Below, piece after piece: positions 1 to 8,029 of a stretch of 32,000 nucleotides of DNA. The stretch is taken from the NCBI RefSeq assembly GCF_001598795.1, contig NZ_BCZP01000004.1, positions 180,001-212,000 on the forward strand. Reading direction: 5' to 3'. Both the position numbers and the translations under genes were made by a program. Positions within the stretch are counted from its first letter, which is position 1, and each line of letters starts with the position of its first letter. The DNA comes from Delftia acidovorans NBRC 14950 (GTDB taxonomy: Bacteria; Pseudomonadota; Gammaproteobacteria; Burkholderiales; Burkholderiaceae_C). A model generated the notes under the pieces. It was not told the DNA's origin and did not search any database. It saw only the letters and a list, made by a program, of their open reading frames with translations.

Positions 1-239
1 TCGGGCGTGAGCGCGTCGTCGAAGAAGCGCTGCATGTCCTTGACGTTGCCACCCGAGCTGAAGATGGGGCCGGCGCCCGTGAGGATGACGGCCTTGACCG
101 AGGCGTCGCGCCGGATCTCGTCGCAGACCTGCACGAATTCCTCCACGGCCGTGTTGCCCGTGAGCGCATTGCGCGTCTCGGGCTGGTTCATGGTGAGGGT
201 CCAGATGGCGCCGTCGCGGGCGATGTTCAGAAAGGACAT
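1..239 (-). CDS. Enoyl-CoA hydratase/isomerase (crotonase) family protein, N-terminal part only; gene runs off the left edge
   Basis: Own reverse-strand translation from ATG (complement of 239-237): MSFLNIARDGAIWTLTMNQPETRNALTGNTAVEEFVQVCDEIRRDASVKAVILTGAGPIFSSGGNVKDMQRFF... This is a typical crotonase-fold N-terminus (TLNRPxxxNAL-like, then VILTGAGxxFSxGGN). It is absent from the ORF track because it is truncated by the window edge. Confidence 0.8.
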   Translation of the reverse strand, partial: MSFLNIARDGAIWTLTMNQPETRNALTGNTAVEEFVQVCDEIRRDASVKAVILTGAGPIFSSGGNVKDMQRFFDDALTP

Positions 240-263
240 GGAGAAGACTCCTTGAGCAAGGGT

Positions 264-1292
264 TTATGCGGTGATGTCGGTGGTCGAACGGATCAGGTCC
301 AGCGTGCTGCCCGCGTGGCCATGGACCAGCGCGGCGCCTGCCACACCGTGCCAGTACGACTCGGAGCCGGCCGTCTGGCGCCAGGCATGCAGGCGGCGCG
401 TGAACAGTTGCAGGTCGTATTCCTCGGTAAAGCCCATGGCGCCGTGGATGGCGTGGGCCGCCTCGGCCACGGCCAGCGCGGCCTGGCTGCAGCGCGCCTT
501 GGCCACGGCCACGCGCAGCCGATCGGGGAAGATGCCCTGCCCCGCGCAACCCAGCCGGGCCGCCATGCGCGCGGCGAAGACATGCTCGCTCATCACCGCC
601 AGCTGGTGCTGTATGGCCTGGAACTTGCCGATGGGGCGGCCGAACTGCTGGCGCTCGTTCGCGTACTGCAGCGTGCGCTGGAACACCTCCATGAGCGCGC
701 CCGCCAGCTGCGCCGCCACCAGGCCGGCCTGCAGCGTGCGCAGGTCCAGCCCACCCGGCAGGGCGATAGCGGGAGCAGGTGCTGCGCGGACCTGATCGGC
801 GCTCCAGCGCAGGTTCACGTCCAGGCAGAAGGCCGCCGGCTCGGACTGCGCCTGCGCCACGGGCAGCAGGCTCCAGCCCTGCGCATGCTGCACCAGCGCG
901 CTGTCCGCCACCGCGCCCAGGCCCACGGGTTCGCAGTGCAGGCTGCCATCCGGCTGGAGCAGGCCTTGCGCCAACGCGATGGCGCCTGGTGGACGCTCCG
1001 CCCCCGCGCCAGCCAGCAGCGCGCGCGCCAGCATGGTTTCACCCAGCGGCACGGGCAGCGCATGGGCGCCGGCCTGCGACCACACATCGAACAGCTGCGC
1101 CAGCGCCAGCCCCGCGCCGCCCGCGTGCTCGGGCACCAGGGCATCGGCAAAGCCGGCCTGCTCCAGCGATTGCCACAGCGCCCGGGGCGAGCCCCCGGCC
1201 TCGATGGCGCGCACCCGCGCGGGCGTGCACTCGCCCTGCAGCAACTGGCGTGCGGCGTCGGCAAACAAATCGTCTTCCATGTCTCTCTCCAT
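264..1292 (-). CDS. Acyl-CoA dehydrogenase family protein (short, probably non-catalytic partner subunit)
   Basis: ORF track 264..1292 (-), 342 aa. ACAD C-terminal domain signature: YANERQQFGRPIGKFQAIQHQLAVM ... GAMGFTEEYDLQLFTRR. An alternative ATG at 1280 (MEDDLF...) follows GGAGAG at suitable spacing and may be the real start. Confidence 0.8.
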   Translation of the reverse strand: MERDMEDDLFADAARQLLQGECTPARVRAIEAGGSPRALWQSLEQAGFADALVPEHAGGAGLALAQLFDVWSQAGAHALPVPLGETMLARALLAGAGAERPPGAIALAQGLLQPDGSLHCEPVGLGAVADSALVQHAQGWSLLPVAQAQSEPAAFCLDVNLRWSADQVRAAPAPAIALPGGLDLRTLQAGLVAAQLAGALMEVFQRTLQYANERQQFGRPIGKFQAIQHQLAVMSEHVFAARMAARLGCAGQGIFPDRLRVAVAKARCSQAALAVAEAAHAIHGAMGFTEEYDLQLFTRRLHAWRQTAGSESYWHGVAGAALVHGHAGSTLDLIRSTTDITA

Positions 1293-1327
1293 TCATGACA
1301 CATGACGCCAGGCCTTGGGCGTTCCGT

Positions 1328-1347
1328 TTGAAACTGGCGCGCCCCAA
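1328..1347. repeat. Copy 1 of a 20-nt intergenic repeat TTGAAACTGGCGCG(C/T)CCCAA
   Basis: TTGAAACTGGCGCGCCCCAA at 1328-1347 matches 14796-14815 (TTGAAACTGGCGCGTCCCAA) at 19/20 positions. Both copies lie in spacers between co-directional minus-strand genes. Confidence 0.6.
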
Positions 1348-1364
1348 CTCAGGGGGAACCTTAT

Positions 1365-2522
1365 TCAACGCAGGCCGAGGCCACGCGCGATCATTCCGCG
1401 CAGGATGTCGCGCGTGCCGCCGCGCAGCGAATACGAAGGCGCAACCTCCGTCACGTAGTTGAGGGTGCGCAGCAGCTCCAGCGGAACCTCGGACGCCTCG
1501 CGTGCGAACAGGTCGTCGGCGATGGCGGCGGGAATGGACTGCTCCAGCGTCGTGCCCAGCTCCTTGACCAGGGCCGCCTCGACGATGGGGCTTTCGCCGC
1601 GCACCAGCTTGTCCTGCACGGCCACCGACATGGCGCGCAGCGGGGCCAGCTCGGTGAACACGCGGCCGGCCAGGCGCAGCGCGCCTTCGCTGCGCTCGCC
1701 CGTTGCACGCAGCCAGGCCAGCCATTCGTCGAACAGCACGATGCTGGAGAACAGCCGCTCGGGCCCGCTGCGTTCGAAGGCCAGCTCGGCCGTGACCTGC
1801 TCCCAGCCCTGGCCTTCCTGGCCGATCAGGGCGTCGGGCGGCAGCTGCACGTTGTCGAAGAAGACTTCGCAGAAATGGCTGTCGCCCGAGAGGTCGGTGA
1901 TGGGCCGCACGGTCACGCCCGGCAGCGACAAGTCCACGATGACCTGGGACAGCCCCTTGTGCCGGTCACCCGCCTCGCCCGAGGTGCGCACCAGGGCGAT
2001 CATGTAGTGGCAGTGGTGGGCGTTGGTGGTCCAAATCTTCTGGCCGTTGAGCACGAAGCCCTTGTCGTTCGGTGCGGCGCGCGTCTTCACGCTGGCCAGG
2101 TCCGAGCCCGCGCCGGGCTCGCTCATGCCGATGCAAAAGAAGGCCTCGCCCCGGCAGATGCGCGGCAGGTAGAACCGCTTTTGCGCCTCGGTGCCGTACT
2201 TGAGGATCAGCGGGCCGCTCTGGCGGTCGGCAATCCAGTGCGAGCCCACGGGAGCGCCGCAGGCCAAGTATTCCTCCACCAGCACGTAGCGCGTGAAGGC
2301 GCTGCGCCCGCCGCCGCCGTACTCGCGCGGCAGGGTGACGCCTATCCAGCCCTTTTCGCCCAGTTGCCGGCTCAGTTCGGCGCTGTAGCCGCCCCAGGAG
2401 CGCGCACGCACATGGGGCGGCAGGCCGCTTATGGCCTGGGCGAGGAAGGCGCGCACCTCGGCGCGCAGGGCTTCGTCCTCGGCGGGGATGCGGGTCAGGG
2501 CAAGGGAATCAAGCACGCTCAT
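1365..2522 (-). CDS. Acyl-CoA dehydrogenase
   Basis: ORF track 385 aa with full-length ACAD architecture (...CIGMSEPGAGSDLASVKTRA..., ...WTTNAHHCHYMIALVRT..., C-terminal YSLRGGTRDILRGMIARGLGL). ATG at 2522 is preceded by GGAG about 7 nt upstream on the coding strand. Confidence 0.9.
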   Translation of the reverse strand: MSVLDSLALTRIPAEDEALRAEVRAFLAQAISGLPPHVRARSWGGYSAELSRQLGEKGWIGVTLPREYGGGGRSAFTRYVLVEEYLACGAPVGSHWIADRQSGPLILKYGTEAQKRFYLPRICRGEAFFCIGMSEPGAGSDLASVKTRAAPNDKGFVLNGQKIWTTNAHHCHYMIALVRTSGEAGDRHKGLSQVIVDLSLPGVTVRPITDLSGDSHFCEVFFDNVQLPPDALIGQEGQGWEQVTAELAFERSGPERLFSSIVLFDEWLAWLRATGERSEGALRLAGRVFTELAPLRAMSVAVQDKLVRGESPIVEAALVKELGTTLEQSIPAAIADDLFAREASEVPLELLRTLNYVTEVAPSYSLRGGTRDILRGMIARGLGLR

Positions 2523-2610
2523 TGCAGGGCTCCATGGTTGGACCCCACTCTAGGCAGCCGGTCTGTCGCAGTCCAATATTAAAAACCGCGCCACTGATAC
2601 CGTTTGAATA

Positions 2611-4674
2611 TCAGGCAGCCTGTGCCTTGGCATGCTGCGCCGCAAAGCCCACATACCAGTCCAGGCAGCCCGGGTTGGCCATGGCCTCCTTGTTGACCAC
2701 CTTGTCCAGCGGCTGGCCCAGCATCAGCTTCTTGATGGGCAGCTCCTGCTTCTTGCCGCTGAGCGTGCGCGGGATTTCGGCCACCTGCACGATCTCGTCG
2801 GGCACGAAGCGCGGCGACAGGGCCTGGCGGATGGCGCCCTGCAGGCGGGCGCGCAGGGCGTCGTCCAGATCCACGCCCGGGCGCAGCACCACGAACAGCG
2901 GCATGTAGCTTTCGCGGCCCAGGTATTCGAGGTCCACGACCATGGAGTCCAGCACTTCGGGCAAGGCCTCGACGGCGCTGTAGATCTCGCTGGTGCCCAT
3001 GCGCAGGCCGTGGCGGTTGATGGTGGCGTCGCTGCGGCCGTAGATGATGCAGCCGCCCTCCGGGAGGATGCGTATCCAGTCGCCGTGGCGCCAGACCGGG
3101 CCCATGGCGGCAGGGCCGTCGCCGCCACCGGGCGCGCGGCCATGGCCGGCCGGGTACATGTCGAAGTAGCTGGACAGGTAGCGCTTGCCGTCCGCATCGC
3201 CCCACAGGTACAGAGGCATGGACGGGATGGGCTGGGTGCAGACCAGCTCGCCCACCTCGTCGATGACGGGCTGGCCCTGCTCGTTCCACGCCTCGACGGC
3301 CGCGCCCAGCTGGCGGCACTGCATGATGCCCGGCTGCTGGGGCAGCTCGCGGTGGCCGCCGATGAAGGCGCCCGCGAAGTCGGTGCCGCCGGAAATATTG
3401 TTCCACCAGATATCAGGCCGCCCCATGCCTGCGAACTGCGCCGTGCCCCAGCTTTGCACCTCGGGCGACAGCGGCGAGCCCGTGGTGCCCAGGCTGCGGA
3501 TGCGCGACAGGTCGCCGCACTGGGCCAGGTCCACGCCGGCCTTCATGCAGTTGGCGTAGAAGGCCGCGCCCGAGCCGAAGCTGGTCACGCCGGTCTCGGC
3601 CGCGAAGCGCCACAGCACGCCCCAGTCGGGCCTGTCCTTGCTGCCGCCGGGGCTGCCGTCGAAGATCACGCAGGTGGTGCCGCCCAGCAGGCCCGAGACC
3701 TGGGCATTCCACATCACCCAGCCCGTGGAGCTGTACCAGTGGTAGCGCTCGCCCCAGCTGTTGGGGTGGTAGCTGCAGCCCACGTCGTTGTGCAGGGCCT
3801 TGAGCTGCAGGGCCACCAGCACCATGCCGCCATGGCCGTGGACGATGGGCTTGGGCAGGCCGGTGGTGCCGCTGGAGTAGACGATCCACAGCGGGTGGTC
3901 GAAGGGCAGCCATTCGGGCTCGAAGGCCGCCGTGGCCGCGTCGTCGCGGGCCGTGACCTGGCCGTAGTCGGCGGCATCGGCCAGGCTGGCCTGCAGGTCC
4001 AGGTTGGGCACAAGGACCACATGCTCCACGCTGGGCAGGCCTGCGCGCAGCTCCGCCAGCACGGCCATGCGGTCGATATCGCGCCCGGCGTAGTGCACGC
4101 CATCGACGGCGATCAGCGCCTTGGGCGCGATCTGGCGAAAGCGGTCCAGCACCGCGTTGGTGCCCATGTCGGGCGCGCAGATGCTCCAGACGGCGCCCAG
4201 GCTGGCCGTGGCCAGCAGGGCGACCATGGCCTCGGGGATGTTGGGCAGGTAGGCGGCCACGCGGTCGCCGCGGCCCACGCCCTGGGCCTTCAGGTGCAGG
4301 GCCAGGGCGGCGACCTGGCGGCGCAGCTCGGGCCAGGACAGTTCGCGGTGGCGGCCCGTCTCGTTGCGGCTGACCACGGCGGGCATGCCGGCCGCATGGG
4401 CGGCATCCACATGGCGCAGCGCCTGGCGCGTGTAGTTGATCTGGGCACCCGGAAACCACTGGGCGCCGGGCATGGTGTTGCGCTCCAGCACGGCCGTGTG
4501 CGGCGTGGGCGACTGCAGCGCGTTGTAGTCCCAGATGCTTTGCCAGAAGGCGTCCAGGTCGGTCACCGACCAGCGCCACAGCGCGTCGTAGCTGTCGAAC
4601 TGCAGGCCGTGGCGCTCGCGCAGCCAGTCCTGGTACAGGCGGATCTGGGGGATGAAGGCAGGGGTATGGCTCAT
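2611..4674 (-). CDS. Acetoacetyl-CoA synthetase (acetoacetate-CoA ligase), AMP-forming
   Basis: Lies within the artefactually long ORF 2611..6189 (-). The real start is taken at ATG 4674 (MSHTPAFIPQIRLYQDWLRERHGLQFDSYDALWRWSVTDLDAFWQSIW...), the characteristic acetoacetyl-CoA synthetase N-terminus. AMP-binding motif YSSGTTGLPKPIVHGHGG is present. The start is in frame with the stop at 2611 (2064 nt). Confidence 0.85.
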   Translation of the reverse strand: MSHTPAFIPQIRLYQDWLRERHGLQFDSYDALWRWSVTDLDAFWQSIWDYNALQSPTPHTAVLERNTMPGAQWFPGAQINYTRQALRHVDAAHAAGMPAVVSRNETGRHRELSWPELRRQVAALALHLKAQGVGRGDRVAAYLPNIPEAMVALLATASLGAVWSICAPDMGTNAVLDRFRQIAPKALIAVDGVHYAGRDIDRMAVLAELRAGLPSVEHVVLVPNLDLQASLADAADYGQVTARDDAATAAFEPEWLPFDHPLWIVYSSGTTGLPKPIVHGHGGMVLVALQLKALHNDVGCSYHPNSWGERYHWYSSTGWVMWNAQVSGLLGGTTCVIFDGSPGGSKDRPDWGVLWRFAAETGVTSFGSGAAFYANCMKAGVDLAQCGDLSRIRSLGTTGSPLSPEVQSWGTAQFAGMGRPDIWWNNISGGTDFAGAFIGGHRELPQQPGIMQCRQLGAAVEAWNEQGQPVIDEVGELVCTQPIPSMPLYLWGDADGKRYLSSYFDMYPAGHGRAPGGGDGPAAMGPVWRHGDWIRILPEGGCIIYGRSDATINRHGLRMGTSEIYSAVEALPEVLDSMVVDLEYLGRESYMPLFVVLRPGVDLDDALRARLQGAIRQALSPRFVPDEIVQVAEIPRTLSGKKQELPIKKLMLGQPLDKVVNKEAMANPGCLDWYVGFAAQHAKAQAA

Positions 4675-4869
4675 GACCGGCCACGGTACGCGCGCGCTGC
4701 CCGCGAGCCCAGACGGGAAAGCCACTAGCCTGGCACCTGGGCGACAAAGTCTGCGGGCCGGATCGCGTATCTCCGCACAAACACTGGGAAAAAATTTCCG
4801 CTTCACCCCACCTGCCAGAAAACAAATGCCTCTAATATCGCGCCAATTTTTTACAAGGAGCGATGCCAC

Positions 4870-6177
4870 ATGGGCCTTTTCCAATGGACGGAAAAATCCG
4901 CCAACCAGCTGCAACGGGGAGGCGTGATCGGCCCCGATGAGCGCCTGCCCTGGCCACAGACCGGGCTGATGGGCATACAGCACGTGATCGCCATGTTCGG
5001 CTCCACCGTGCTGGCGCCCATCCTCATGGGGTTCGACCCCAACGTGGCCGTGCTCATGAGCGGCATCGGCACGCTGATCTTCTTCCTGATCACGGGCGGC
5101 AAGGTGCCCAGCTACCTGGGTTCGTCCTTTGCCTTCATCGGCGTGGTGATCGCAGCCACGGCCTATGGCGGCAAGGGTGCCAACGGCAACATCGGCGTGG
5201 CGCTGGGCGGCATCATTGCCTGCGGCGCGGTCTATGCGCTGATCGGCCTGGTGGTGCAGATGGTGGGCACGCGCTGGATCGAGCGCTTCATGCCGCCCGT
5301 GGTCACGGGCGCCGTGGTGGCCGTGATCGGGCTGAACCTGGCGGCCATCCCCGTCAAGAACATGGCGGCCAACAACTTCGAGTCGTGGATGCAGGCCCTG
5401 ACCTTCGTCTGCGTGGGCCTGGTGGCCGTGTTCACGCGCGGCATGGTGCAGCGCCTGCTGATCCTGGTGGGCCTGATCGCCGCCAGCCTGCTGTACGGCC
5501 TGTTCACCAATGTGCTGGGCATGGGCAAGCCCGTGGACCTGTCGGGCGTGATCAACGCCGCCTGGTTCGGCCTGCCCCAGTTCCACGCGCCCGTGTTCAG
5601 CGGCCCAGCCATGGTGCTCATCGTGCCCGTGGTCATCATCCTGGTGGCCGAGAACCTGGGCCACATCAAGGCCGTGACCGCCATGACCGGCAAGAACCTG
5701 GACCAGTACATGGGCCGGGCCTTCATCGGCGACGGCGTGGCCACCATGGTCAGCGGCGCCGCCGGCGGCACCGGCGTGACCACCTATGCCGAGAACATCG
5801 GCGTGATGGCCGCCACGCGCATCTACTCGACGGCCGTGTTCTTCGTGGCCGCCGTCCTGGCCGTGCTGCTGGGCTTCTCGCCCAAGTTCGGCGCGCTGAT
5901 CCAGGCGATCCCGCTGCCCGTGATGGGCGGCGTGTCCATCGTGGTGTTCGGCCTGATCGCCGTGGCCGGCGCCAAGATCTGGGTGGACAACCGCGTGGAC
6001 TTCTCGCAGAACAAGAACCTGATCGTGGCAGCCATCACCCTGATCCTGGGCACGGGCGACTTCACGCTCAAGTTCGGCGACTTCGCGCTGGGCGGCATCG
6101 GGACCGCGACTTTCGGCGCCATCATCCTGTACGCGCTGCTGGATCATGCACGCGACGATCAGCCACTGATTCACTGA
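4870..6177 (+). CDS. NCS2 family nucleobase (uracil/xanthine-type) permease
   Basis: ORF track 435 aa, polytopic membrane protein. It has NCS2 hallmarks (GIQHVIAMFGSTVLAPILMG..., ...TYAENIGVMAATRIYS...). AAGGAG at 4855-4860 lies 9 nt before the ATG at 4870. Confidence 0.85.
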   Translation: MGLFQWTEKSANQLQRGGVIGPDERLPWPQTGLMGIQHVIAMFGSTVLAPILMGFDPNVAVLMSGIGTLIFFLITGGKVPSYLGSSFAFIGVVIAATAYGGKGANGNIGVALGGIIACGAVYALIGLVVQMVGTRWIERFMPPVVTGAVVAVIGLNLAAIPVKNMAANNFESWMQALTFVCVGLVAVFTRGMVQRLLILVGLIAASLLYGLFTNVLGMGKPVDLSGVINAAWFGLPQFHAPVFSGPAMVLIVPVVIILVAENLGHIKAVTAMTGKNLDQYMGRAFIGDGVATMVSGAAGGTGVTTYAENIGVMAATRIYSTAVFFVAAVLAVLLGFSPKFGALIQAIPLPVMGGVSIVVFGLIAVAGAKIWVDNRVDFSQNKNLIVAAITLILGTGDFTLKFGDFALGGIGTATFGAIILYALLDHARDDQPLIH

Positions 6178-6286
6178 ATGTGAGCACACGCAAACATTCT
6201 TTGAGCCTTTGACTGCGCGGCAGGGCCTTTACGGGGAAACCCGAGGGCCCCTGCCAGCGCTGCTACCATCGGTTTCCGGAGATATA

Positions 6287-6321
6287 CCGCCCTTGCGTTC
6301 TTGCATGGGGCGGTTTTTTTT
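6287..6321 (+). terminator. Rho-independent terminator downstream of the permease gene
   Basis: CCGCCC (6287-6292) pairs with GGGCGG (6308-6313), followed directly by a run of 8 T (6314-6321). Confidence 0.7.
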
Positions 6322-6384
6322 AGGCTTGCAAGCCAGCGCTGCGGCACCCTGCCGGCTGGCGCGAGCCGTCAGCCGGAGCCATAG

Positions 6385-7899
6385 ATGTCCCTCGCAGACC
6401 GCGTACGTTTCCCAGAATTCCTTTCGCGCACCATGACGGCCGAGCAGGCCGCCGCCCTGATCCCCCACGGCGTCAACGTCGGCATGAGCGGATTCACGGG
6501 CGCGGGCTACCCCAAGGCCCTGCCCCAGGCCATCGCCCAGCACGCCAAGAGCGAACACGCGGCCGGCCGGCCCTACAAGATCAATGTCTGGACCGGCGCC
6601 TCCACGGCCGCCGAGATGGACGGCGCCCTGGCCGAGGCCGGCGCACTGGGCCAGCGCCTGCCCTTCAACACCGACCCGACCTGCCGCGCCAGGATCAATG
6701 CCGGCGAGATCGACTTCATCGACATGCACCTGTCCCACGTGGCCCAGCATGCGTGGTTCGGCTTCCTGGGCCCCATGAGCGTGGCCGTGGTCGAGGTGCT
6801 GGGCGTGACCGAGGACGGACGCCTCATCCCCTCCACCGCCGTGGGCAACAACAAGACCTGGCTGGAGATCGCCGACAAGGTGATCCTGGAGGTCAACACC
6901 AAGCCGCCGGCCAAGATGGAAGGCATGCACGACATCTACTACGGCACGGCCATCCCGCCGCGCCGCGTGCCCATTGCCCTGACCCATGCCGATGACCGCA
7001 TCGGCGAGCCCTACCTGCGCGTGGACCCGGCCAAGGTGGTCGCCGTGGTCGAAACCCACAAGGGCGACCGCGACAACGTCTTCGCCCAGCCCGACGCCAA
7101 CTCCAACCTGATCGCCGCGTCCATCATCGACTTCCTCGCGCACGAGATGAAGATGGGCCGCCTGCCCAAGGAGATGCTGCCCATCCAGTCGGGCGTGGGC
7201 AACGTGGCCAACGCCGTGCTGGCCGGCCTGCTGACGGGGCCGTTCGAGAACCTGCTGGGCTTCACCGAGGTCCTGCAGGACGGCATGCTGGACCTGCTGC
7301 GCGCGGGCAAGATGAGCCGCGCCTCGGCCACCTCGATCTCGCTGTCCGGCAGCGCCTACAGGGACTTCGAGGAGAACATCGACTTCTACCGCGACCGCAT
7401 CATCCTGCGCCCCCAGGAGATCAGCAACCACCCCGAGCTGGTGCGCCGGCTGGGCGTGATCGCCATGAACTCCATGATCGAGGCCGACATCTACGGCAAC
7501 ATCAACTCCACCCACGTCATGGGCACGGGGATGATGAACGGCATCGGCGGCTCGGGCGACTTCGCGCGCAACGGCTACCTGTCCTTCTTCGTCACGCCCT
7601 CGGTGGCCAAGGGCGGCAAGATCAGCTGCATCGTGCCCATGTGCTCGCACGTGGACCATACCGAGCACGACACGCAGATCATCGTCACCGAGCAGGGCCT
7701 GGCCGACCTGCGCGGCCTGTCGCCGCGCAAGCGCGCCCAGGTCATCATCGACCGCTGCGCCCATCCCGACTTCCGTCCCCAGCTGCAAGACTACTTCGAC
7801 CGCGCCCAGCACCAGGGCGCGCTGCACACGCCGCACATCCTGGGCGAAGCGCTGAGCTGGCACCAGCGCTTTGTCGAAACGGGCGACATGCGCGCCTGA
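6385..7899 (+). CDS. Acetyl-CoA hydrolase/transferase family protein, ScpC/AarC-like succinate (succinyl-CoA:carboxylate) CoA-transferase
   Basis: ORF track 504 aa. Colinear similarity, from memory, to E. coli ScpC/YgfH (…GMSGFTGAGYPKALP…, LPIQSGVGNVANAV, RPQEISNHPELVRRLGVIAMN, MNGIGGSGDFARNGYLSFF, CIVPMCSHVDHTEHD, IIVTEQGLADLRGLSPRKRA). GGAG lies 6 nt before the ATG at 6385. Confidence 0.85.
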   Translation: MSLADRVRFPEFLSRTMTAEQAAALIPHGVNVGMSGFTGAGYPKALPQAIAQHAKSEHAAGRPYKINVWTGASTAAEMDGALAEAGALGQRLPFNTDPTCRARINAGEIDFIDMHLSHVAQHAWFGFLGPMSVAVVEVLGVTEDGRLIPSTAVGNNKTWLEIADKVILEVNTKPPAKMEGMHDIYYGTAIPPRRVPIALTHADDRIGEPYLRVDPAKVVAVVETHKGDRDNVFAQPDANSNLIAASIIDFLAHEMKMGRLPKEMLPIQSGVGNVANAVLAGLLTGPFENLLGFTEVLQDGMLDLLRAGKMSRASATSISLSGSAYRDFEENIDFYRDRIILRPQEISNHPELVRRLGVIAMNSMIEADIYGNINSTHVMGTGMMNGIGGSGDFARNGYLSFFVTPSVAKGGKISCIVPMCSHVDHTEHDTQIIVTEQGLADLRGLSPRKRAQVIIDRCAHPDFRPQLQDYFDRAQHQGALHTPHILGEALSWHQRFVETGDMRA

Positions 7900-7982
7900 G
7901 GCGCGCAAGCGCGCCAGCGCGCAGTCTCCTGGGCTACAGGCAGCCATCGGCATGGCTGCCTGGACTGGCGTAGCATGCAAGG

Positions 7983-8005
7983 ACGGCCCACGGGGCCGTA
8001 TTTTT
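7983..8005 (+). terminator. Probable rho-independent terminator after the CoA-transferase gene
   Basis: ACGGCCC (7983-7989) pairs with GGGCCGT (7993-7999), then A and TTTTT (8001-8005). The loop is very short, so the inner pair probably opens. Confidence 0.55.
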
Positions 8006-8029
8006 CGTTGCACCCACAGGACTTCTCCC

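Noticed and set aside
2565-2613. A possible terminator for the acetoacetyl-CoA synthetase gene: CTGATA/TATCAG stem overlapping the stop, with T5 on the minus strand at 2581-2585.
   Set aside because: The stem is only 6 bp and AT-rich, and it is separated from the T-run by 8 nt. This is too weak to call. The AT-rich patch may instead be the promoter of the downstream ACAD operon.
4731-4745. A sigma54-like TGGCAC element upstream of the nucleobase permease (rut-type permeases are often NtrC/sigma54 controlled).
   Set aside because: The -12 element is missing. The sequence reads TGGCAC-CTGGG-CGAC instead of TGGCAC-N5-TTGC, and GG-N10-GC spacing is not satisfied.
2611-6189. A 1192-aa minus-strand ORF that would fuse the acetoacetyl-CoA synthetase to about 500 extra N-terminal residues.
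   Set aside because: The extension is antisense to the well-supported NCS2 permease gene and is low-complexity (His/Asp/Gly/Ala-rich). Recognisable synthetase homology begins at MSHTPAF (ATG 4674).
7890-7920. Alternating GCGCGCC / GGCGCGC segments around the CoA-transferase stop codon that could form mutually exclusive hairpins (attenuator-like).
   Set aside because: This is a low-complexity (GC)n-type sequence that pairs with itself trivially. There is no leader peptide or downstream logic to support attenuation.
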